From Polyangiaceae bacterium (GTDB lineage Bacteria; Myxococcota_A; Polyangia; Polyangiales; Polyangiaceae): DNA of 64,000 bases. Below, one piece after another: positions 38,499 to 48,052 of the stretch; position 1 is the first letter of the stretch, and the number at the start of each line of letters is the position of its first letter. The position numbers were made by a program, and so were the translations under genes. The notes beneath the pieces were generated by a model. The model searched no databases. It saw only the letters and a list, made by a program, of their open reading frames with translations, and was not told the origin of the DNA. The stretch lies in NCBI GenBank assembly GCA_050287085.1, contig JBNKBE010000027.1:13840-77839 (forward strand), written 5' to 3'.

Positions 38499-39626
38499 CT
38501 AGTCCTTGCTCAGGTGCCGCGCGAGCACCAGATCGCTGCGATGCACCACAACGGCATCGAGCTCACCGTAGAGCGTCCGCAGCTCGTCGGAGCTGCGCCC
38601 GGCCGAGCGCGCGACTTCCAGCGTTCCTAGCCGAGCAAGACCTCGCCCAACTTCGTGACCCGAGGGCAGCTGGAGCTTGACGGCGTCACCGCGACTGAAC
38701 GTTCCACGCGTTCCAAGGACACCCACCGGCAATAAGCTGGCGCCCTCGTGGAGCAACGCGTTGGCGGCCCCCTCGTTGATCAAAATGACGCCGCGAGGCC
38801 GCAGCGTATAAGCGATCCAGTGGGCGCGGGCGCGGAGCGTGTTGGGATGGGGGGGAAACCAGGTGCCCAGATCTTCACCCTCGTCCAGCACGCGCTGCAG
38901 CAACCTGGGCTCCCGTGCGGGCCCGATGATGACGTGAGCGCCGGCGTGGGCGGCCTTGCGGGCCGAGCGAATCTTGCTGTGAATACCCCCGCGGCCAAGA
39001 CCAGCTGGTTTGGTCGCGTCGTGTTGGCCCACAACGCTGTCTTCACGCATGACGGAAATGCGCTTGCCAGCCCCATCGAGCACGCCCGGAATGTCGCTGA
39101 GCAGGAACAATACGTCCGCCCGGATCAGAGGTACGACCATCGATGCAAGTTGGTCATTGTCGCTGAAAGCGATCTCGTCTGTGGACACCGTGTCGTTCTC
39201 GTTGACGATTGGGATGGCCCCCGCGTCGAAAAGCGCGCCTAGCGCTTGCCCCGCGTTGGTCAGGCGGCGGCGGCTCGCTAGATCGGAGTGGGTGAGGAGA
39301 ATTTGTGCTGCCGTCTTGCCGTAGGGTGCGAGCGCATCCGCATATCGCTTCATGAGCTCGCTCTGGCCGGCAGCGGCGGCAGCTTGGAGCTGTGGGATTT
39401 GGGTGGGACGCGCTGCGTAACCCAGGCGTGGCCACCCCAGGGCGACCGCCCCGCTGGATACGATCAAGACGTCGCGCTTGGTTTGGGCGAAGACGGCGAT
39501 TTGTGCCGCGAGGTCGTCGATCAGACCGGTGCCTTGGCTCAGCACGGACGAGCCCAGTTTGACGATGATGCGTCGCGCAGAGTGGAGGGACTCGCGCGCT
39601 GTGGCTTGGAGTTCGGTATCGGTCAC
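38499..39626 (-). CDS. proB: Glutamate 5-kinase with PUA domain
   Basis: IIVKLGSS, VSSGAVALG, AAAAAGQ, PIVNENDTV, FSDNDQL, SLLPVG; GTG 39626 gives 375 aa. Confidence 0.96.
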   Translation of the reverse strand: MTDTELQATARESLHSARRIIVKLGSSVLSQGTGLIDDLAAQIAVFAQTKRDVLIVSSGAVALGWPRLGYAARPTQIPQLQAAAAAGQSELMKRYADALAPYGKTAAQILLTHSDLASRRRLTNAGQALGALFDAGAIPIVNENDTVSTDEIAFSDNDQLASMVVPLIRADVLFLLSDIPGVLDGAGKRISVMREDSVVGQHDATKPAGLGRGGIHSKIRSARKAAHAGAHVIIGPAREPRLLQRVLDEGEDLGTWFPPHPNTLRARAHWIAYTLRPRGVILINEGAANALLHEGASLLPVGVLGTRGTFSRGDAVKLQLPSGHEVGRGLARLGTLEVARSAGRSSDELRTLYGELDAVVVHRSDLVLARHLSKD

Positions 39627-39741
39627 GGGAGACTTGTCGTCTACACCGGGTCGCGCGCCACTGGCCAGAGGGAAGAAAACACCCCGACTCTCGATTCTAG
39701 CCCCCTGAAGGCCGTTGTCCGGACGTCCCGATTCCGCAGCG

Positions 39742-40623
39742 TTAGTGGTGTGCGGACGCTCCGATTTCGCGGAGTTGGAGCAACGTAACCGCCCCCTGGA
39801 GCGCGAGATCCACAACCTTCATGGCTACCTCGGGACCGGCGAGCAACAAGCCGACTTCCGACCCCGGTGGACGGCTCGCTTCCAGTGGGGGGCCACCGAC
39901 AAGCTGCACCTCCAGCCCGGCCCCGCGCGCCGCATTGGCAAAACGCTCGATGTCGCCGCTGACAATCACCTGCACGCAGGGCGCGGTGAAGCGGCTTGGG
40001 TCTAGGAGTGTGCTCTCGCTCTGATAAAGGCATAAGGGAGCGAACGCGGGGATCGGTGCTCGCAAGTCTTCCTGGAGGGATAGTACCGCGCCGCGCTCGC
40101 ACAGTGTTGAGTGCGCTTCGGTCGCTTCGACGCTTCCGCTCAGCGTGAGGGGCGGCGCTTCCACCACTCGCCACTCCGCGTCGCTCACCCAAGCTCCGGC
40201 GCAGCGAAAGCGATAGAATTCGCTTTCGCTGCAGTCCCGAAGGGGGATTTGAGCCAGGCGTTGCAAGGTGAAGCGGACGAGGGCCTGCTCGGTCTTCTGG
40301 GTTGCGGGTCTTGGCAAAACACCGAGCGCAAGCTGGGATAAGATGAGCGCGTCCCGTAGCGGGATGCGTTCGTGCCGAAGCCCGAGGGGGGGCATCAGTG
40401 CAAGCATCCCAAGACGCACGCAGCTTCGGGCGTCTTGCTCCCCCAACTTGACGTGGCCCGCCTCGAGCGTGCCATCTCCCGCCAGGTAGTCGAGTAGCGG
40501 AGCAAAGCGACCAAAGACGTGGGTCGTCTGAACCAGGTGTGCAGACGTCGGTGGCAGCACGCCTCGCGCGCTAGCCGTTGCCACCCGCTGCAGGGACAGC
40601 GGCGTCGGGATGGGCTGCGCCAT
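39742..40623 (-). CDS. Hypothetical protein resembling a degenerate ABC nucleotide-binding domain
   Basis: ATG 40623 lies 5 bp after the sppA stop; ABC-like spacing without Walker motifs. Confidence 0.6.
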   Translation of the reverse strand: MAQPIPTPLSLQRVATASARGVLPPTSAHLVQTTHVFGRFAPLLDYLAGDGTLEAGHVKLGEQDARSCVRLGMLALMPPLGLRHERIPLRDALILSQLALGVLPRPATQKTEQALVRFTLQRLAQIPLRDCSESEFYRFRCAGAWVSDAEWRVVEAPPLTLSGSVEATEAHSTLCERGAVLSLQEDLRAPIPAFAPLCLYQSESTLLDPSRFTAPCVQVIVSGDIERFANAARGAGLEVQLVGGPPLEASRPPGSEVGLLLAGPEVAMKVVDLALQGAVTLLQLREIGASAHH

Positions 40624-40628
40624 GGAAC

Positions 40629-43217
40629 TCAACGCAGTTCTGGGGGCTGAAAGGGTAGGCGTGCCAGCGGGGTTTCCGGCGCGTAGAACATCAAGGGAGC
40701 GACGGCGCGCAGTGGCTCGGCCAGTCCGGGCGGGAGCCACGAGGCCGAGGAAGCGGCCTCCACGGTGCGTTGACTCAATGATTCTACGGCGCTTGGATCT
40801 ACGCTCGAGACGCGCAGGGACGTGTCGCTTTCTGACCCTGTCGCATTCAGGAAGGGCAGTCCGAGGAGCTTGCCAAGCAGGCTGCCGTCGGATTTGGGGA
40901 GCAAGACAACGGGACAATCGGCGTCTAGGTGAGCTTGGCTGCGCACGTAGGCCAGTGCCTGACGCAATCCACCGAGTTCGTCGACCAGCCCTCGTTCTTT
41001 GGCTTGCTCGCCGGTCCAGATCCGGCCTTGTCCGACCGCATCCACTGCGTCGCGCTTCATGTTGCGTCCCTCGGCTACGCGGCGCAGGAAGAGCTCATAG
41101 AAGGTGTTGATGCGGGCCTGTTGAGATGCGCGCTCGGCGGCTGACATGGCGCGGAACAACGAGTCAGCGTCGGCGGATGGTTGGCTGACGTAGGTTTCAT
41201 GATCGACGCCGAGCATGCGCAGCAAGCCTGATAGATCGGCGTTCAGCGAATAGATGCCGATGCTGCCGGTAATGGTTTGCGGGTTGGCAAAGATGCGATC
41301 TGCCGCGACCGAAAGATAATAGCCGCCGCTGGCTGCCGTCGAGCCCATGCTCACGACAGTGGGTTTGCGTTCCGCGGTGAGTTTGACCTGTCGCCACAGG
41401 ACGTCGGCCGCCGTCGATGAGCCTCCAGGACTGTCCACGCGAACGATGACGCCCCGCACTTGGTCGTTGTCGCGCACCGCCTTGAGGGTGTCGAGCAGGG
41501 TATAGCTCCCGGCCGAGCGCGAACCGATGAACGGGAGGCTTCGGTTACGGCCGTCGGTGATTTCTCCGTCCACGTGAACCACCGCGATCACGCCGCTTTG
41601 CCCAAAGCGTTTTGGTGCAATGCGCGCACGCCCCTGACCGAGGAGCTGGGTGTCGCGTCCCGTCGCTTTCTTAACGGACTTGGCGATCTGATCGTCAAAT
41701 ACCAGTTCATCGACAAGGCCATGGGCTTGTGCCCTAGGAGCGTCGAAGGGCCCTTCCTTGAGCGCCTGTCGCAGCGTTGCCACGGAAAGCCCGCGTCCGA
41801 GGGACACTCCCTCGACGAAGGCTCGCTCGGACTGTTGCAAGAGGTCGATGCGATCGGCGCGGGCCACCTCTCCCGGCTCGCTTTGGGTGAATTGCTCCGG
41901 CGCGCTCTTATGAGCTCCGACCCTCACGAACTCCGCCCGAATCCCGAGTTTTCGGAGTCCTTCAGCAAAGTAAAGAGACTGCGTTTTCACCCCCGAGAAG
42001 CGGACGCTTCCTGCCGGATTGATCAAGACGCGCGAGGCCGCGGCACATAGGAAGAGCGCCGCGCCGCTCGCGTCTTCGAGGTGGCATAACGTGCGCTTGC
42101 CCGCGCGTCGCAGCTCGAAGACGGCGTCGCGCAGCTCTTCGAGGTGCGCGAGGCTACTGGCTGGACTCGCCCTGAGCCTGAGGACGACCGCGTCCAGTTC
42201 GGGTTCGTCGGCGAGCGCCCAGAGGTGCGCGAGGAGCGCGATGTGATCGCGGGCAGAAGGCGTTTCTTCGACGCCGACCGTTACGGCGTAGCGCCCGGCG
42301 CTCAGCGCGGCGGGTTCGCGAAAGCCGCGCGTGGCCAGCGACGCGTAGCCGGCCCAAGCGCTGCTGCCTTGGTTGCGGTACAAGGAGCCGGCAGTGGCCT
42401 CCAGAGAGCCTCGTTCCGTGTTCAGGTCCACCGAAAACGCAGCCGAGGCGAACCAAGTGGTGCGAGCGTGTTCTCGCTGGCGGGATACGTCCGCTCGCAC
42501 ACGTCCGACGCCATCGATGTCGAGACCCACCGTGGCGCGAGGCCATGCCCGCTTCGCAGCGGGTTGGTAGCTGCCTTCAACACCCACTTCCAACGCCCTT
42601 TCTCCCAGAGGTCGAACGACCAGGCCACCGGTGAAGGTGGTTGGGAGCGATGTTAGGCCGTTGCTTGCACTGCCCAGGTTGTCGGCCGTGACGCCCAGGG
42701 CTAAGGCGTCCAGCGGGCGCGCGATGTAACCCAGTGAGATAGCGGTCAGCGCGTCGGAGACAGGATCCGCACTGAAGCTCCGATGGAGCCCAAGGCCGAA
42801 AGCGCTGGTGTGGCCGGCGGGCATCGACAAGCCAGCTGTGAGCCAATCTTGCCTGCGCCGGCGTTCGTCGCCATTTTCATCGAGCGGATGTGCCACGGTT
42901 TCGTAGCGAACGCCCACCCCCCAGCCGAGCAGCGGGACCTTGCCGGAAAGGCCTGCCGCAAACCCGGCATAGCGGACCGTCTCGTTCAGGCGATCCGCAA
43001 AGCTCTCCAGTCGTAGCTCTCCGCCCGGGGCAGCTTGCAATAGCGCCGGATTGAGACGCAAGGCGGTAGCGTCGTCGCTGACGGCTACGTTCCGTCCTGG
43101 GACGGGCAGTAGAGGGGAGGCAGGGCGTCCCGCTTCTAGCTGCGCCGGACTGCTCTCGGACCATAAAGCGGTCACGAAGACCGCGGCGAACCCGAGCGAC
43201 AGCCAGCGGAGTTTCAT
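40629..43217 (-). CDS. sppA: Signal peptide peptidase SppA (S49) with long N-terminal extension
   Basis: Two S49 domains; GAHKSAPE; RVDSPGGS; SMGSTAASGGYY; TITGSIG; GQGRIWTGEQA..GLVDELGG. Confidence 0.93.
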   Translation of the reverse strand: MKLRWLSLGFAAVFVTALWSESSPAQLEAGRPASPLLPVPGRNVAVSDDATALRLNPALLQAAPGGELRLESFADRLNETVRYAGFAAGLSGKVPLLGWGVGVRYETVAHPLDENGDERRRRQDWLTAGLSMPAGHTSAFGLGLHRSFSADPVSDALTAISLGYIARPLDALALGVTADNLGSASNGLTSLPTTFTGGLVVRPLGERALEVGVEGSYQPAAKRAWPRATVGLDIDGVGRVRADVSRQREHARTTWFASAAFSVDLNTERGSLEATAGSLYRNQGSSAWAGYASLATRGFREPAALSAGRYAVTVGVEETPSARDHIALLAHLWALADEPELDAVVLRLRASPASSLAHLEELRDAVFELRRAGKRTLCHLEDASGAALFLCAAASRVLINPAGSVRFSGVKTQSLYFAEGLRKLGIRAEFVRVGAHKSAPEQFTQSEPGEVARADRIDLLQQSERAFVEGVSLGRGLSVATLRQALKEGPFDAPRAQAHGLVDELVFDDQIAKSVKKATGRDTQLLGQGRARIAPKRFGQSGVIAVVHVDGEITDGRNRSLPFIGSRSAGSYTLLDTLKAVRDNDQVRGVIVRVDSPGGSSTAADVLWRQVKLTAERKPTVVSMGSTAASGGYYLSVAADRIFANPQTITGSIGIYSLNADLSGLLRMLGVDHETYVSQPSADADSLFRAMSAAERASQQARINTFYELFLRRVAEGRNMKRDAVDAVGQGRIWTGEQAKERGLVDELGGLRQALAYVRSQAHLDADCPVVLLPKSDGSLLGKLLGLPFLNATGSESDTSLRVSSVDPSAVESLSQRTVEAASSASWLPPGLAEPLRAVAPLMFYAPETPLARLPFQPPELR

Positions 43218-44341
43218 TCGATCATGCCCCGGTCGCGGGCGACCTGGGTGATTTCGCCTTGGCGGGCTTCGAGTTCCTTGTAGTCCTTTACTGGCAAAAA
43301 TCGGGAGGCAGCCCCTTCGCGCGGAAGCCGTAGATAGACCGTGTCGAGTGCGCTGGTGATCTCATTGAGCAAGCGCTCGAACTGAATGGCCTTCCGTTCT
43401 TCGACCTTTTTCTCCACCGTGAAGAAGGTCCAAGGCATTTTGAGTTCCAGCAGGGCTTGCGCGTTGAGCGTGAAAGTATTGGTGCTGAATACGCGAACTG
43501 AACTCGGATCGAAGGAATCGGGAATTCGGAACTCCTCGAGGACCACGGGGCGTCCGTCGACGCGCACCGGCACTCCGCCCTTGTCGGTGCCGACCTTGTC
43601 CACTACCTCGCACGTGGCGGCGTGCCCGTGCTTGATGTGGAAGCCGATGATGCGCGGGTCCAGGCTAGCCCCTAGATTGTCAATGTTGGCGACCGTGACG
43701 TACTTGCCGCCCCGCTCGATGAACTTTTCGAGCAAACCGCTGTTGCGCAGCGCATCAACCAAGTCCCCATGGCCCGGAGCGTGTAGGCTGACTTCACCGT
43801 TTTGACGGGTGAATAGGTCTCCTTCTGGGGTCAAGCGCAAGCTGAGCTCTTGAACGAACGTGGTGACGAAGTAGTCGTCCCGATCTGCGCCGAGTGCTTC
43901 GTCAGTTGCCTGATCGGTTGCGTGGCTGGTCATCAACCAAAGCGGCACTCGTCGTTCGCTGAGCCGCTCGAGCGTGCGGGCTTCGGCCAGTCGCAGGTCG
44001 AGAAAACGTTGTCCCGGCAGCGCTTCAACCAAAGACTTCACGACGCCACCCATGCGCGTCGCCATACCGCCGGCCATGACGAGCAGGGCGCACTCGCCAC
44101 CGCGCATCGCGGTCAGACCGATTTGTTCCAGCTCCTCATCTTCGGGGGTGCCCCGCTCCGGCAGAGTGCGAACGTCGTCTTCAATGGGGGGGGTCAGTGT
44201 GCCTCCGACACAATTGGAGTGCTGCACCTCTCCGGAGAGTCTCTTTGCCAGTTGCATGAAACGCTCCCGGTCGAAGTGGTGCTTCGCCAGCAGGTCTTTG
44301 ACGGAATCGGGAAGGGCGTCCAGCTGCGATTCGAGGCTCAT
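43214..44341 (-). CDS. UTP--sugar-1-phosphate uridylyltransferase (UDPGP/UAP eukaryote-like family)
   Basis: MAGGMATRMGG..K, LWLMTS, APGHGD, ANIDNLGA, DKGG, RFLPVK; ATGA overlap with sppA. Confidence 0.88.
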   Translation of the reverse strand: MSLESQLDALPDSVKDLLAKHHFDRERFMQLAKRLSGEVQHSNCVGGTLTPPIEDDVRTLPERGTPEDEELEQIGLTAMRGGECALLVMAGGMATRMGGVVKSLVEALPGQRFLDLRLAEARTLERLSERRVPLWLMTSHATDQATDEALGADRDDYFVTTFVQELSLRLTPEGDLFTRQNGEVSLHAPGHGDLVDALRNSGLLEKFIERGGKYVTVANIDNLGASLDPRIIGFHIKHGHAATCEVVDKVGTDKGGVPVRVDGRPVVLEEFRIPDSFDPSSVRVFSTNTFTLNAQALLELKMPWTFFTVEKKVEERKAIQFERLLNEITSALDTVYLRLPREGAASRFLPVKDYKELEARQGEITQVARDRGMIE

Positions 44342-44594
44342 CGCGAGCAGCCTAGTCCTGAAATCGCTACCGGAGACACCGAAAAAACGACCCCCCAGGC
44401 TGGTCGATGTACTGAATCGCGACGCGGGCCCGGTCAACTGACTTGCCGGTGTGTGTGTTGGGCCAACATCCACCTAGAGCGGATCTGCCGCTGGAGGTTC
44501 TACCAGTCAGTCCGGTTGACTCTTTTTGACGGGCGGTGACCGTGCTGGCGCCAACGACTCGAACGGATCATCAAGGGTGTGATAGGAGACTACA

Positions 44595-46229
44595 GTGCGA
44601 GCTATTGCTTTAGCCTGTGCAATGGGTTTGGTCGGCTACTCTGAGCTCTTGGCTGCGCCGACTTTGCATGAGAATTTCGACGCGCAGGGTCGCGCCGTTG
44701 AGGCCCCGGACGCACCGGAGCCAGCGGGCGCTTCGCTTGCACCGGCGTTGGCCCCGACGGGCGGGGCGGTCGCGGAAGGGGCGGTTGCGGAAGGGGCGGT
44801 TGCTGAGAGTCTGCCAGGCCTGCAGCTCGAGGACGGCGTTCCCGCGGCGACCGCAACTTACGGGCACCAGCAGAGCGAGACGGGTTACCGCTTGGACAAC
44901 GAGACTACCCGTCCAAGTCGCGTCGCGTATGATGATCCTTTCAGTCCAGCCATGCCGCCGTTCAAGCGGCTCTTTGCCTTCGACTGGATTCGGCCAGACT
45001 TCACCTTGGTGGTGTTTGAACCCTCACCGCAGCCGTTCGTCCCAGGCGAAGCAACCTCGTCCGCGGATGATCACTTCTTTGCGGATCTTGTTGTCCGCTC
45101 GGATGGCGTGCTCCCGGTGCGTGTGCCGACTGTGGGACCAGGAAGTCGGGTGGTCGCGGCCGCGCTCATGCCGGATTTCCCACTTCGTATGTTTCGGGAC
45201 AGCGCGGAAAATCTATTTGTGGAGACTCGCGGAGCCGGTGAATTTCATCTGCGAGTACACTACGCGATCGAACGTGCCGTGTTTGGCAGCGCCATGCGTG
45301 CTGGCGACGGCTGGTCGTCGTTGGCACCCTACCTCAGACCCTTGCCGTCAGAGGTGGCTGTGGCCGGGCAGCGGGTTCTCCGTCGACTCGGATTGAGCCG
45401 TGCCATGACCCCGGCAGCCGCGCTGGCGTCGCTGGTTCGCCATTTCCGATCGTTTGCCCCGTCCGACGTCGCGGCTCCTTTGCTCGAGCCAGCGGCGCTC
45501 TTCGAGGCCGTGGCGCTGGGAGCGGCGGGGGTCTGTCGTCATCGCTCATTTGCCTTCTTCGTGACGGCCATGGCCTTGGGTCTGCCCGCTCGTTTCGTTC
45601 ACAATGAGGCCCACGCTTGGGTTGAAGTTCGAGACTCCCAGCGCTGGCATAGGATCGACCTGGGAGGGGCCGCGGGCGAAGTGGTGCTCAGTCAGCGCTC
45701 CGCAGCTCGTCATGTGCCGCCGGCGGATCCCTTCGCCTGGCCTGCCACGGCCCGCAGCGGCGCGGAAATGGTGACCGCGGCGGAGTCGGAGGCTGCCTCC
45801 AGCGGTGGTGACGACGCGGCTCCTGCGAGCAGGGAGCCGGCGGGTCCGGAGTCCGCCAACAACGGCGAGCCAAGCGAGGAGCCAGCCCCCGCGCTTGCGG
45901 CGCCCGGGTCCAGCACAGCAGCGGTTGGGGAGCAGGTGGCTCGGCTCGCGCAGCTGACGTTGCACGTGGATACGAGTGGTCTGCGTCGAGGGGACGCCGT
46001 GGCTCTACGTGGCGAGGTTCGGAATTCGCTCGGTCCCTGCACCCTTGTGCCGGTGTCAGCTTATCTGGTTACGGGCGCGAATGAGTATCCCATCGGGACG
46101 CTCGTCAGCGACGAAGCTGGGGCCTTTGAGGGCTCCGTCATTGTGCCGCCTAGCATTCCGCTGGGGGATTACGAACTCGTTGTGCGCACGGCTGCCAGTG
46201 AAGGCTGTGGCGACGGTGAGGCTCGCTGA
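44595..46229 (+). CDS. Exported transglutaminase-like protein
   Basis: GGAG RBS and signal peptide; GVCRH, HAWVEV, WHRID give a Cys-His-Asp triad; Ig-like C-terminus. Confidence 0.87.
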   Translation: MRAIALACAMGLVGYSELLAAPTLHENFDAQGRAVEAPDAPEPAGASLAPALAPTGGAVAEGAVAEGAVAESLPGLQLEDGVPAATATYGHQQSETGYRLDNETTRPSRVAYDDPFSPAMPPFKRLFAFDWIRPDFTLVVFEPSPQPFVPGEATSSADDHFFADLVVRSDGVLPVRVPTVGPGSRVVAAALMPDFPLRMFRDSAENLFVETRGAGEFHLRVHYAIERAVFGSAMRAGDGWSSLAPYLRPLPSEVAVAGQRVLRRLGLSRAMTPAAALASLVRHFRSFAPSDVAAPLLEPAALFEAVALGAAGVCRHRSFAFFVTAMALGLPARFVHNEAHAWVEVRDSQRWHRIDLGGAAGEVVLSQRSAARHVPPADPFAWPATARSGAEMVTAAESEAASSGGDDAAPASREPAGPESANNGEPSEEPAPALAAPGSSTAAVGEQVARLAQLTLHVDTSGLRRGDAVALRGEVRNSLGPCTLVPVSAYLVTGANEYPIGTLVSDEAGAFEGSVIVPPSIPLGDYELVVRTAASEGCGDGEAR

Positions 46230-46311
46230 GCCGTCCGTGGTGCCCGCTCCTCACGCGCCCAACTCGCGGGGTTCTGGAGCGGCTCGCGACTGACTTTCCC
46301 CTCCGCGGGCC

Positions 46312-47889
46312 CTAAGGGCGCGCGTTCTTCTGTATCTCGAGCAGGGTCTTGCGCGCCTTGCTCAGTACGGCGCGCTGTCCGGATAGGTTTTCCGCAAGAC
46401 GGACCTCTAGATCCACGCTGGCCTCATCGACCTCTCCCCGCCGATGCTCCGGTCCGCTCAGCTGACGTACGAGCGCGGTAATGTTCTCGATCGCTTCGGC
46501 GAGCTGGTGTCCGCCTCGGGATTGCTCTTGGGCCGCGCGCTCGACGTGCTGGGAGATGGTGCGCATCTTTTCTCCGGAGCTCATGATCAGCTCTGAACCG
46601 CGCGCTTGTTCTGCCGTAGCCGCAGCCACCTGCTGAACGGTTTCAGCGATGCGGCCAATCGAGTCCGTCACTTGGCGGCTACCCTTTGCCTGCTCCACCG
46701 TGGCGCGTGCGATGGCGCGAACCATATTCGTAGACTTCTGGGAGCTTTCCAGAATCTTCTTGAGAGCGCGCTCTGCTTCGTTCGACACTTCAACGCCGCG
46801 ATCGACATTTTCTGCGCCGCGTTCCACCGCGTGTATCGCGTTGACGCTCTCTGCTTGGATCGTCTTGATGAGATCGGCGATCTCCTTGGTGCTGGCACCT
46901 GAACGCTCCGCCAAGTCCTTGATCTCATCGGCGACCACGGCAAAGCCCTTCCCGTGCTCCCCCGCCTGAGCCGCGATGATGGCGGCGTTCAGTGCGAGCA
47001 GGTTGGTCTGCTCGGCAACGTCATCGATCACGCTCAGAATCTGGCCAATGGCGCTGATACGTGTTCCGAGATTCGAGATCACGGAGACAGCTTCGATGCT
47101 GCTTTCTTTGATGCGGTAGATTTCCCCGATGGTCTTGAGGATGGCTTCCGCCCCCGTTTCTGCGTCGCGCGCTACCTCTTCGCTGAGTCGAGCCGTTTCG
47201 TTGGCGTTGGACTGTACCTGATCGATACTGACGTCCATTTCGTTCATGCTGGAGGCGGTTTCCTCCGCTGTTAGCGACAATGCGTCGACATTCTTCGCTA
47301 CTTCTTTGATCGAGAACGTCATCTCCTCGATGCTCGCCACGGACTCACGAACGCTGCCTCCCAGCGCTTCGATGTTGTTTGCCATTTCCTCCGTTGTGGA
47401 GGTCATCTGGTAGACCGCGGAGCTGGATTCTTCAGTGCTCTTGGCCAGGCGCTCAACGTAGTCATTGGCTTCGGAGAAGGCGGCTCGGAGCAGTCGTGAT
47501 TGTGCCGTTGCCTGCTCGCCGATTTGTTCCTGCTCCCCGAGCGTCTTGTCCAGCGTATCGACCATCTGAATCAACGCCGTGCTGACGTCGTAGAGCCACG
47601 CATTGTCGACATCGGACGCTTGTGACTTATCCCCCGACGCCTTCAGCGCTGCGAGCTCCTTCTCCGTAGCCTCGAGGCTGCTTCGCAGACGGTCCTTCTC
47701 GCTTTCGAGGATGCGCTCCCGTTCAGGATCACCACCGCCCTGCCCATTGACCACCACTACGGCGCCCGCGGCAATCATGGCCATCAGGTACGCTGGGACC
47801 CGATACTCGGCATCGAAGAATACTAAGCCACCCGCTGCCGCAAAGGGCGCAAGGAGAGCGAGCATCGAGACAGGCGGAAACGATTTCAT
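46312..47889 (-). CDS. Methyl-accepting chemotaxis protein
   Basis: [43 protein letters not shown] hairpin; two N-terminal TMs. Confidence 0.96.
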   Translation of the reverse strand: MKSFPPVSMLALLAPFAAAGGLVFFDAEYRVPAYLMAMIAAGAVVVVNGQGGGDPERERILESEKDRLRSSLEATEKELAALKASGDKSQASDVDNAWLYDVSTALIQMVDTLDKTLGEQEQIGEQATAQSRLLRAAFSEANDYVERLAKSTEESSSAVYQMTSTTEEMANNIEALGGSVRESVASIEEMTFSIKEVAKNVDALSLTAEETASSMNEMDVSIDQVQSNANETARLSEEVARDAETGAEAILKTIGEIYRIKESSIEAVSVISNLGTRISAIGQILSVIDDVAEQTNLLALNAAIIAAQAGEHGKGFAVVADEIKDLAERSGASTKEIADLIKTIQAESVNAIHAVERGAENVDRGVEVSNEAERALKKILESSQKSTNMVRAIARATVEQAKGSRQVTDSIGRIAETVQQVAAATAEQARGSELIMSSGEKMRTISQHVERAAQEQSRGGHQLAEAIENITALVRQLSGPEHRRGEVDEASVDLEVRLAENLSGQRAVLSKARKTLLEIQKNARP

Positions 47890-48052
47890 CGTGTGTGGGG
47901 GGCGTTGGCAGTAACGTCACCTGCCTCGGCACACTTTATGCGCCCCGGACCGGTGCGGCCAATCTACGACGAGATAATCGCTCGGGGGGAGAGGGGCGCT
48001 CGCATTTCGGGCCCGGCGACCAAGGCTGAGGGAAGAACTGACCGGATGGGGG

